Shown here: piece by piece, positions 28,698 through 36,669 of the stretch
How positions within the stretch are numbered: the first letter of the stretch is position 1
Layout of the letters: the number at the start of each line of letters is the position of its first letter
Assembly (NCBI GenBank): GCA_963745665.1
Contig: CAVUYE010000003.1
Span: 466,492 to 530,491, forward strand
Reading direction: 5' to 3'
Origin: an uncultured Acidimicrobiaceae bacterium
Lineage (GTDB): Bacteria; Actinomycetota; Acidimicrobiia; Acidimicrobiales; RAAP-2
Length of the DNA: 64,000 bases
The notes under the pieces: model-generated
Told to the model about the DNA's origin: nothing
Seen by the model: only the letters and a program-made list of their open reading frames with translations
The model's database searches: none
Position numbers and translations under genes: made by a program

Positions 28698-29558
28698 ATG
28701 GCTGATGCGTCGGTATGGCTCGAGCGCAGGGTGATCGCCTATGCGCATCAAGGCGGGGCATGGGAGGCGCCTTCCTCCACCTTGCACGCCATCGGCCACG
28801 CGCTCGAGGCGGGCGCCACGGGGGTCGAGCTCGACGTCCACGCCACGGCCGACGGCGAGCTGGTGGTCTGCCACGACGCCACGGTCGACCGCACCACCGC
28901 GGCCCGGGGCAGCATCTCGTCGTTCACCCTGGCCGAGCTCCGCGCCATGGACTTCTCCTACTGGTGGATCCCCGGGGCCGACGTCACGCCGGGGCACCCC
29001 GAGGCCGACTACCCGTTCCGCGGGAGGGCGCCGGCCGATCCGTCGTTCGGCATCGCCACCCTGCGCGAGGTCCTCGAGCGGTTCCCCGGGGTGGTCCTGA
29101 ACCTCGATATCAAGCAGACGGCCCCTGTGGTCGCCCCCTACGAGGAGTCGCTGGCCCGTCTCCTGGCCGAGTTCGGCCGCACGGACGACGTGATCGTGGC
29201 CTCCTTCCTCGACCCGGCCACCGACGCCTTCCGTGCGGTCGCGCCGGCGGTGCCGACCTCGGCCGGCACCATGGCGACGGCCGAGGCCTGGCGGGCGGCG
29301 CAGGCCGGCGAGGTCCTGCCAGACATCCCGGCGGTCGCCTTCCAGGTGCCCGAGCGCCAGGGGGACCTGGTCGTGGTCGACGAGCGGTTCGTGGCCGCGG
29401 CCCACCGGGCGGGCAAGGCGGTCCACGTGTGGACGGTCAACGACGCCGAGTCGATGGAGCGCCTGCTCGACCTCGGCGTGGACGGGATCATCTCGGACGT
29501 GCCGACCACGCTGCGTGGCGTGCTGGGCGCAAGAGGAGCCGACTGGAACGGATTGTGA
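28698..29558 (+). CDS. glycerophosphodiester phosphodiesterase
   Basis: 286-aa ORF with GDPD motifs (YAHQGG...STLHA, GVELDVHATADGELVVCHD, VHVWTVND). Confidence 0.85.
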   Translation: MADASVWLERRVIAYAHQGGAWEAPSSTLHAIGHALEAGATGVELDVHATADGELVVCHDATVDRTTAARGSISSFTLAELRAMDFSYWWIPGADVTPGHPEADYPFRGRAPADPSFGIATLREVLERFPGVVLNLDIKQTAPVVAPYEESLARLLAEFGRTDDVIVASFLDPATDAFRAVAPAVPTSAGTMATAEAWRAAQAGEVLPDIPAVAFQVPERQGDLVVVDERFVAAAHRAGKAVHVWTVNDAESMERLLDLGVDGIISDVPTTLRGVLGARGADWNGL

Positions 29559-29593
29559 GGTCCCGGCGGACCGGCCGGGCCGTCAGGGCGTGG

Positions 29594-29677
29594 TCAGCCG
29601 CGGCCGCAGTTCGGCTTCTTGCCGTGGTTGGCCTTCTTCTTCTTCCTGAGCTTGCGCTTCACCGTTCGCTTCGACAT
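29594..29677 (-). CDS. candidate 50S ribosomal protein bL37 (27 aa)
   Basis: Below the ORF-track cutoff. Runs from the ATG at 29677 to the TGA at 29594 and translates as MSKRTVKRKLRKKKKANHGKKPNCGRG. The ANHGK(R/K)PN signature is recalled from actinobacterial bL37. Confidence 0.6.
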   Translation of the reverse strand: MSKRTVKRKLRKKKKANHGKKPNCGRG

Positions 29678-29728
29678 GAGGCGAAGAGCTTAGACGGAAT
29701 GCACCAGGCCGTCCGGTAGCCTCGTCGG

Positions 29729-30100
29729 ATGCGGTCCGGATGGCTGCTGCGGGACGGCGATGTGGTGTGTGCGCTCGAGCTGGCCGAATCGCCGGCCGAG
29801 CGTGGCGCGTTGCGCGGACGGCCGGGCTGCGACGGCGCCCTGCACGTGGGCGGCGCCCGGACCGTGCACACGGCCGGCATGAAATTCCCCATCGACGTGG
29901 CTTTCCTGTCGACTGATCTCACCGTGGTGCGGGTGGCCAGGCTCAAGCCGTGGCGGGTGGCCACGGGCGGGCGGGCGGCCCGCAGCGCCGTGCAGACCGA
30001 GGCCGGATCGCTCGAGCGCTGGGGCGTGCGGGTGGGCGATCAGCTCGAGGTGCGCGAGGTGCCCGTCGGCCCCGACGGTGCCGCAAGCGGCTTGCCGTGA
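29729..30100 (+). CDS. DUF192 domain protein
   Basis: 123-aa ORF with the core HTAGMKFPIDVAFL...E typical of DUF192. A GTGA overlap links it to rsmI. Confidence 0.65.
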   Translation: MRSGWLLRDGDVVCALELAESPAERGALRGRPGCDGALHVGGARTVHTAGMKFPIDVAFLSTDLTVVRVARLKPWRVATGGRAARSAVQTEAGSLERWGVRVGDQLEVREVPVGPDGAASGLP

Positions 30101-30969
30101 GCGACGAGCGGCGGGGCCGGCTCGTGCTGGTGGCCACGCCGATCGGGAACCTGGGTGATCTGTCGCCCCGGGCGCACGAGGTGCTGGCGACGGCGGACCT
30201 GATCTGCTGCGAGGACACGCGGCGCACGCGCGCCCTCCTGTCCGCCCGCGGCATCTCGGCCAAGGGGCCCACCGGCGACCGGTTGCTTTCGCTGCACGGG
30301 CACAACGAAGCGGCCCGGTTGGACCGGGTGGCCGCTGCCGTCGCCGGCGGTGCGGTGGTGGCCGTCGTCAGCGACGCCGGCACACCGGGGATCTCGGACC
30401 CGGGTGCGTGGCTGGCGGCGCAGCTCGCCGCCGCGGGCGAGATCGTGAGCACCGTGCCCGGCCCGTCGTCCGTCCTGGGCGCGCTGGTCGTCAGCGGCCT
30501 GCCGACCGACCGCTTCTGCGTCGAGGGCTTCCTGCCCCGCAAGGGCCCCGAGCGCCGGCGCCGCATCGGCGCGCTCATGGCCGATGCCCGCACCACGGTG
30601 CTGCTGGAGGCCCCGAGCCGGGTGGCGGCCACGCTGACCGAGCTGGCGGTCGGTGACGCCGGGCGTCCGGTCGCCGTCGTGCGCGAGCTGACCAAGCTGC
30701 ACGAGGAGGTCTGGCGCGGGACGCTGGGTGAGGCGGCGGAGGTGTTCGCGGCACGGGAGGTCCGTGGCGAGGTGACGCTCGTGGTGGGTGGGGCGCCCGC
30801 GGCTCCGCCCGCCCGCGAGGAGGAGGTCGAGGCGGCCGTGCGCGCCGCATGGGGCGACGACCCGTCGGCGGGCCCGCGCCAGGTGGCCGAGCTCGTGGCA
30901 GCGTCATTCGGCGTGCCCCGCCGGCGCGCCTACGAGGCGGCCCTGCGCGTGCGCGACGAACCGGGTTGA
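30097..30969 (+). CDS. rsmI: 16S rRNA (cytidine1402-2'-O)-methyltransferase
   Basis: ORF 29950..30969 trimmed to the GTG at 30097 (VSDERRGRLVLVATPIGNLGDLSPRA...CEDTRRT...SDAGTPGISDPG). Confidence 0.85.
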   Translation: MSDERRGRLVLVATPIGNLGDLSPRAHEVLATADLICCEDTRRTRALLSARGISAKGPTGDRLLSLHGHNEAARLDRVAAAVAGGAVVAVVSDAGTPGISDPGAWLAAQLAAAGEIVSTVPGPSSVLGALVVSGLPTDRFCVEGFLPRKGPERRRRIGALMADARTTVLLEAPSRVAATLTELAVGDAGRPVAVVRELTKLHEEVWRGTLGEAAEVFAAREVRGEVTLVVGGAPAAPPAREEEVEAAVRAAWGDDPSAGPRQVAELVAASFGVPRRRAYEAALRVRDEPG

Positions 30970-31018
30970 GGCGAGGCCCCGTCCTTCCCCGTCCGAGGGC
31001 GCCGGTACGCTACCGGCG

Positions 31019-32570
31019 GTGCCCCCCTACTACCTGACGACACCGATCTACTACGTCAACGACGCGCCGCACGTCGGCACGGCGTACACCACGGTCAACG
31101 CCGACGCGCTGGCCCGCTGGCACCGCCTCCTTGGCGACGACGTCTGGTTCATGACGGGCACCGACGAGCACGGGGCCAAAATCGTGGAGGCGGCCGAGGC
31201 GAGCGGCATGACGCCCAAGGAGTGGACCGACCGCACCTCGGCCCGCTTCGTGGAGGCGTGGGAGCGCCTCGACATCTCGAACGACGACTTCATCCGCACC
31301 ACCGAGCCGCGCCATTACGAGGTGGTGCAGCAGTTCCTGCAGCGCATTTACGACAACGGGTTCATCGAGCTCGGCTCCTATTCGGGCCTCTACTGCGTCT
31401 CGTGCGAGGACTACTACACCGAGGACCAGTTAGTCGACGGCAAGTGCCCGATCCACGGCCGTGCCGTCGTGGAGATGAAGGAGGACAACTACTTCTTCAA
31501 GTTGAGCCAGTTCGAAGAGCGCCTGCTCGACTACTACGACAGCCACCCCGAGTTCGTGCGGCCGACGTCCAAGCGCAACGAGGCGCTCGGCTTCATCCGC
31601 GGGGGCCTGCGCGACGTGTCGATCACGCGCACCTCGTTCACGTGGGGCGTGCCCGTGCCCTGGGACGGCGGGCATGTCTTCTACGTCTGGTACGACGCGC
31701 TCATCAACTACCTGACTGTGGCCGGCTACGGCCGCGATCACGCCGCCTTCGCGGCACGCTGGGGCGCCGCCCACCACCTGATCGGCAAGGACATACTCAA
31801 GTTCCACTGCGTCTGGTGGCCGGCCATGTGCATGGCGGCCGGCATAGAGCCGCCGGCCGAGATCTTCGTGCACGGCTACCTGCTGATGGGGGGTCAGAAG
31901 CTGGGCAAGTCGATGATCGCCTCGGGGCTGGCCGGTGGCGAGGGCGCGGCGCCGCTCAACATCACCGACGTGTCGCCGCTTGCGCTGGCCGACGACTTCG
32001 GCGTCGACCCGCTGCGCTACCACCTCCTACGCGAGGTGGCGCTGGGCGGTGACGGCGATTTCTCCTACGAGGGCATCGTGGCGCGCTACAACGCCGACCT
32101 GGCCAACAACCTCGGCAACCTCGTGTCGCGGGTCACGACGGTCGTGCACTCCAAGAGCGGCGGCGTCGGCCCGGGCTCCAACCCCGCCAGCGCGCTCGGC
32201 CCCCGTGGCAGAGGTCGTGTTGGATGCCGCCACGTCGGCCTGGTCCCGCTGGGCGCCGCAGGAGGCGCTCGAGGAGACGTGGCGGCTCATCGGCGCCGCC
32301 AACGCCGAGCTCGAGTCGGCCGAGCCGTGGAAGATGGAGCCGGGGCCCGACGTCGACGCCGTGCTCGGTGACGCTCTCGAGGTGCTGCGCATCGTGGCCA
32401 TCCTGATTGCGCCCGCTATGCCGTCGACCGCAGCCGAGGTGTGGCGCCGGATCGGCGTGGGCGGCGATCCCTCGGCGGCCCGTGTCCCGGAGGACGCCCG
32501 CTGGGGCGGGTACCGCGGCGGCGTGGCCGTGGTGAAGGGGGATCCGCTCTTCCCGCGGCGGAAGGCGTGA
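31019..32570 (+). pseudogene. metG: methionine--tRNA ligase, one frameshift as given (almost certainly a sequence error)
   Basis: Starts at the GTG at 31019 (VPPYYLTTPIYYVNDAPHVGTAYT...). The KMSKS-like motif is KLGKS. ORF ..32371 joins ORF 31935..32570 at the C-run near 32200-32204 (...GSNPASAL | APVAEVVLDAATSAWSRW...). Confidence 0.85.
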
Positions 32571-33388
32571 CTTTGGCAGGTTGGTTCGACTCCCACTGCC
32601 ACGTCCAGGAGGAGTACCTCCCCGAGGATGCGGCCGGCGGGGCGGACCTCGAGCCCGTGCTGAGCCGGGCCGCCGAGGCTGGCGTGGCGCGGCTGGTCTG
32701 CATCGGGACCGGGGCGGCCACCTCGGCCCAGGCGGTGGCACTGGCCCGGGCGACGGCCCGGGAGGGGACGGTCCCCCGAGCCTGGGCCTCCGTCGGCCTG
32801 CATCCTCATGAGGCGAGCGAAGGCGTGGACGAGGTGGCGGACCTGTTGGCGCGCGAGCTGGCGGCGGACGACGGAGCGGTGGTGGCGGTCGGGGAGTGCG
32901 GGCTCGACTACTTCTACGAGCATTCGCCGCGCCACGCGCAGCGCACCGCCTTCGCGGCGCAGATCGCGTTGGCGCACGCGCACGAGCTGGCGCTGGTGAT
33001 CCACGCCCGCGACGCCTGGCGCGATCTCTTCGACGTGTTGGCGGCCGAAGGCGTGCCCGATCGCACCGTGTTGCACTGCTTCACCGGTGGTCCCGACGAG
33101 GTCGAGCAGTGCCTGCGCGCCGGCATGTACGTGTCGTTCAGCGGGATCGTGACGTTCAAGAACGCAACGGATGTCAGGGAAGCCGCGGCGCGTTGTCCGC
33201 TCGACCGTCTACTGGTGGAAACGGACAGCCCGTTCCTCGCGCCGGTACCGCACCGGGGCCGCGGCAACGAGCCGTCATACCTTCCGTTCGTGGGCGAGGC
33301 CATCGCCGCCGTCAAGGGGTGCACGGTCGACGAGGTGCGGGAGCGCAGCGCCGCCGCGGCCGCCATGGTGTTTTCCACAGGAAGCTAA
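32567..33388 (+). CDS. tatD: TatD family metal-dependent hydrolase
   Basis: Trimmed to the GTG at 32567, which overlaps the metG stop. Motifs present: DSHCH, GECGLDY, HCFTG, ETDSPFL. Confidence 0.85.
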   Translation: MTLAGWFDSHCHVQEEYLPEDAAGGADLEPVLSRAAEAGVARLVCIGTGAATSAQAVALARATAREGTVPRAWASVGLHPHEASEGVDEVADLLARELAADDGAVVAVGECGLDYFYEHSPRHAQRTAFAAQIALAHAHELALVIHARDAWRDLFDVLAAEGVPDRTVLHCFTGGPDEVEQCLRAGMYVSFSGIVTFKNATDVREAAARCPLDRLLVETDSPFLAPVPHRGRGNEPSYLPFVGEAIAAVKGCTVDEVRERSAAAAAMVFSTGS

Positions 33389-33625
33389 TCCACGCGCTGT
33401 TGTGCGTAATACGAGAACCTTGTGACCTGGGTGTTTGACGTTGAATTCAACGAAAAACGGCATGTGAGCAGGGAGTTCATGTAAATATCGGGGGCGACGG
33501 GGTACGTGACCAGGGAAAAGAGCGCGCGAAAACCTTTCCCTCGTTTTCGGGTTTGCGCGGCCTGCGTTTGGTTATCTAACTTCTCCAGAAACCCCTCGCC
33601 ACCCGTATGTCGGCGCGGGTGCACT
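33389..33625 (+). promoter_or_regulatory. about 240-nt lower-GC 5' leader with a perfect 14-bp palindrome; weak candidate c-di-AMP (ydaO-type) riboswitch
   Basis: CGTTGAATTCAACG lies at 33439-33452. ACGGGG and CUAAC elements are present, but I could not fit the full ydaO consensus by eye. Confidence 0.2.
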
Positions 33626-34267
33626 GTGTCCCCGGAGAAGGGTGGAGCCCTGCGGAACCAGAGCACTGGGGGGAGGCGCCTCGGCGTTGCTGCAGTCATT
33701 TGCGGCGCGTTGTTCGGCGCGCCTCTCCTGTTGTTGCAAAGCGCGTCAGCGCACACGCCGCGGTCACAAGCCGCGGGCCGAAGCGCGCACGACGAGCGGT
33801 CAGATGTCGTGCATCGGGCGACACACCCTGATGGTGTGAACCTGCCGTCGAACCTCGTCGCCTATCAGGCGCCGGCGACGACGTCGACGACCGCGCCAGC
33901 GCCCACCACGACGACGGCACCGCCCACCACGACGACGCAACCGCCGCCGCCCGCCACGACGACGACGCAACCACCACCGCCGACGACGACGACAACGACG
34001 GCACCACCGCCACCCGTGCCGACGCACAGCGAGGACGGCGATGCCACGTGGTATGCCGCCGCACCGGCGGGCTACTGCGCCAGCCCGACGCTCCCGTTCG
34101 GCACGGAGCTGACGGTGGTGAACGAGGCCAACGGTGCGTCGACGGTCTGCACGGTGGACGACCGTGAGGCAGCGGGCTACCCGCACGTTGTCGACCTGTC
34201 GCCCGAAGGCTTCGCGCAGATCGCTGACACGAGCCAGGGAGTGGTGGACGTCACAATCTCCTGGTGA
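33626..34267 (+). CDS. secreted RlpA-like double-psi beta-barrel (DPBB) protein with Pro/Thr linker
   Basis: Signal peptide RRLGVAAVICGALFGAPLLLLQSASA. The linker is TTSTTAPAPTTTTAPPTTTTQPPPP.... The C-terminal domain GDATWYAA...CASPTLPFGTELTVVN...VCTVDDRE...VVDLSPEGF is DPBB-like. The start is uncertain (GTG 33626 within ORF 33506..34267). Confidence 0.65.
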   Translation: MSPEKGGALRNQSTGGRRLGVAAVICGALFGAPLLLLQSASAHTPRSQAAGRSAHDERSDVVHRATHPDGVNLPSNLVAYQAPATTSTTAPAPTTTTAPPTTTTQPPPPATTTTQPPPPTTTTTTAPPPPVPTHSEDGDATWYAAAPAGYCASPTLPFGTELTVVNEANGASTVCTVDDREAAGYPHVVDLSPEGFAQIADTSQGVVDVTISW

Positions 34268-35085
34268 CCCTTTCCGGCGCCGACATCGCACACCTGCTCT
34301 CGGCGCACGGGCTACGGCCCAGCCGTGCCCTCGGTCAGAACTTCGTCGCTGACCCCAACACCGTCCGCCGCATCGCCCGTCTGTCCGGAGCGGGGCCCGG
34401 CTCACGGGTGCTCGAGATCGGGGCGGGCCTGGGGTCCTTGACCCTCGCCCTCGCCGAGACCGGGGCCGTGGTGGTGGCCGTCGAGGCGGATCGGCATCTC
34501 GTCCCCGTCCTGCGCACCGTCGTGAAGGCCGCGGGGGTGGAGACGGTGCAGGGGGACGCCCTGGAGCTCGACCTGTCTGCGCTCCTGGCCGAGCGGGCCC
34601 CGGCTCCCTGGAGCCTGGTGGCCAACCTCCCCTACAACGTGGCCACCCCTCTGGTGCTCAAGACGCTGGTCGAAGTGCCGGCGGTGACCCGCCTGCTGGT
34701 CATGGTGCAAAGGGAGGCGGGGGAGCGCATGGCGGCGGCGGCGGGTGATGACGCCTACGGGGCGGTCTCGGTGCGGGTCGCCTACTTCGCCCGGGCCGAG
34801 GTGGTGGGGCGGGTCCCGGCCTCGGTCTTCATCCCCCGGCCGCGGGTCGAGTCGGTCCTGGTCCGGCTGGAGCGCCGGCCCGAGCCCGCGGTCGATCCGG
34901 CACTGGTCTCCTACGAGCGGCTCAACACCGTCGTGCGGGCCGGCTTCGCCCAGAGGCGCAAGATGCTGCGGCGTTCCCTGGCCGGCGTCGTCGACCCGGC
35001 CTCCTTCGAACGGGCCGGTGTGCGGCCCGACGCCCGGGCCGAGGAGCTCGACGTGGCGGCCTGGGGCAGGCTGGCGGCCCTGTGA
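34264..35085 (+). CDS. rsmA: 16S rRNA (adenine1518/1519-N6)-dimethyltransferase
   Basis: 273-aa ORF with the motifs LGQNFV, VLEIGAGLGSLT and NLPYNV. Confidence 0.9.
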   Translation: MTLSGADIAHLLSAHGLRPSRALGQNFVADPNTVRRIARLSGAGPGSRVLEIGAGLGSLTLALAETGAVVVAVEADRHLVPVLRTVVKAAGVETVQGDALELDLSALLAERAPAPWSLVANLPYNVATPLVLKTLVEVPAVTRLLVMVQREAGERMAAAAGDDAYGAVSVRVAYFARAEVVGRVPASVFIPRPRVESVLVRLERRPEPAVDPALVSYERLNTVVRAGFAQRRKMLRRSLAGVVDPASFERAGVRPDARAEELDVAAWGRLAAL

Positions 35086-35897
35086 GCGACCTCCCCGAGA
35101 CCGAGGGTCCCGCCAGCGGCGGCGGCGTGCGCCGGCTGCTGGCCCCGGCCAAGCTGACCTTGTCGCTGCAGGTGACCGGCCGGCGGCCCGACGGCTATCA
35201 CGAGCTGGAAGCCGAGATGGTGACGCTCAGCCTGGCCGACGAGCTCGAGATGGACCCAGGGGGGTCCGGGCTCGCTGTGGCCGTCGCGCCGGGGGTGCGG
35301 GCCGATGGGCTGCCGGGCCCGGGGCAGAACCTGGTCGAGCGGGCCCTGGCCGCCTGTGGCCGCAATGCCGCCGTGCGCCTGACCAAGCGGATCCCCGCCG
35401 GCGGGGGGTTGGGCGGCGGTTCGGCCGACGCCGCCGCCGTGCTGCGCTGGGCCGGCTGCGCCGACCCCGAGGTGGCGGTCCGCCTCGGTGCCGATGTGCC
35501 GTTCTGCCTACTCGGAGGGAGGGCCCGGGTCGAAGGGGCGGGGGAGGAGGTCACCGCGCTGCCCTTCGAGCCCCGCCGGTACCTGCTCGTCCTGCCGCCC
35601 TTCGGCGTGGAGACGGCCCGGGTCTACCGGGCCTGGGACGAGAAGCCCCGGCACGAGGGCGCCAATGCGCTCACCTGGGCGGCGCTGGCCGTCGAGCCCC
35701 GCCTGGCCGTGTGGCGAGACGCCCTGGGCGAGCTGACCGGGTACGAGCCGGTGCTGGCCGGCAGTGGGTCGACGTGGTTCGTCGAGGACGGCGAACAGAA
35801 CGAAGCGGGCGACGTGCCGGTGCAGCTGCGCGTCGGCGCGGAGACGGCGCCGCTGGTGCGCGCCCGGACGGTGCCGGCGGGCTGGGATGGGGACTAG
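35082..35897 (+). CDS. ispE: 4-(cytidine 5'-diphospho)-2-C-methyl-D-erythritol kinase
   Basis: 271-aa ORF with the motifs PAKLTLSL and IPAGGGLGGGSADAAA. It overlaps rsmA by 4 nt. Confidence 0.9.
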   Translation: MSDLPETEGPASGGGVRRLLAPAKLTLSLQVTGRRPDGYHELEAEMVTLSLADELEMDPGGSGLAVAVAPGVRADGLPGPGQNLVERALAACGRNAAVRLTKRIPAGGGLGGGSADAAAVLRWAGCADPEVAVRLGADVPFCLLGGRARVEGAGEEVTALPFEPRRYLLVLPPFGVETARVYRAWDEKPRHEGANALTWAALAVEPRLAVWRDALGELTGYEPVLAGSGSTWFVEDGEQNEAGDVPVQLRVGAETAPLVRARTVPAGWDGD

Positions 35898-35923
35898 GGA
35901 GGGGTGGGATCGGGCGGCGGAAG

Positions 35924-36022
35924 TTACTTGCCGGCCCGGCGCTGCCACCGGGTGGCCTTCAGCATCTTCTTGTGCTTCTTCTTGCGCATGCGCTTCCGGC
36001 GCTTCTTGATCAATGATCCCAT
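35924..36022 (-). CDS. candidate 30S ribosomal protein bS22 (32 aa)
   Basis: This is the C-terminal 32 codons of ORF 35924..36304, from the ATG at 36022. The translation MGSLIKKRRKRMRKKKHKKMLKATRWQRRAGK closely resembles the mycobacterial bS22 sequence as I recall it. Confidence 0.7.
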   Translation of the reverse strand: MGSLIKKRRKRMRKKKHKKMLKATRWQRRAGK

Positions 36023-36088
36023 GTCGTGCGGCAGGCTAGCGGTCTGCGGGGCCGACTGCCAGGTCGGTCCCCGGGTCAGGAGGGTGTG

Positions 36089-36457
36089 ATGGGCTTCGAG
36101 ATCGTCCGGCTCGACCACGTGCAATTGGCGATGCCCCCGGGCCGGGAGGCCGAGGCGGAGGCGTTCTACTCGGGGCTCCTCGGGCTGGCGCGTCGGCCCA
36201 AGCCCGAACCTCTGGCCGGGCGCGGGGGGTGCTGGTTCGGCGCCGGGCCGGTGGCCGTGCACCTCGGCGTCGAGGAGGACTTCCGCCCGGCCCGCAAGGC
36301 CCACCCTGCCCTGGCGGTCCGCGACCTACCCGCCTTGGAGGCCGCCCTGGTGGCCGCCGGCGTGGAGGTCCGGCCGAACCCCGACGCGGCCCCGGGCGCC
36401 GGCGCCTACGTCGACGACCCTTTCGGTAACCGGATCGAGCTCGTCGCCGAGGCCTGA
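36089..36457 (+). CDS. VOC/glyoxalase family protein
   Basis: Trimmed to the ATG at 36089, after AGGAGGGTG. It reads MGFEIVRLDHVQLAMPPGRE...DPFGNRIELV. Confidence 0.8.
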   Translation: MGFEIVRLDHVQLAMPPGREAEAEAFYSGLLGLARRPKPEPLAGRGGCWFGAGPVAVHLGVEEDFRPARKAHPALAVRDLPALEAALVAAGVEVRPNPDAAPGAGAYVDDPFGNRIELVAEA

Positions 36458-36669
36458 GGCCCGGAGCCTGAGGCCTGGGGAAAGGAGGGGGGAGGCGCCG
36501 GCAGGGACGGAGGCGGACCGCCCCTACCGGCGACACCGGTGGCCGAAGAGGTACTCCACACGAGGCGGAGAGTGGGATTTCGCACCACCGGGTTAATCGA
36601 AGGACAGTGTGCGCCCCGAACCTTGGGACGTGGTGGGCGCTCTCTAAGAAGACGAGAAGAAATGCGCCG

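Noticed and set aside
33880-34020. Repetitive acgacgacg / ccgccgcc DNA that could be mistaken for a repeat array or CRISPR.
   Set aside because: It is in frame within the RlpA-like gene and encodes a Pro/Thr-rich linker. There is no repeat-spacer architecture. A similar Thr-run in ftsB (about 60100-60140) is also a coding linker.
36567-36647. Possible tRNA or tRNA-like gene. A 7-bp terminal stem and a TTCGATT-like sequence on the minus strand prompted the check.
   Set aside because: I could not build D, anticodon or T arms on either strand. The sequences flanking the TTCGATT are not complementary. It is kept only as a low-interest hairpin.
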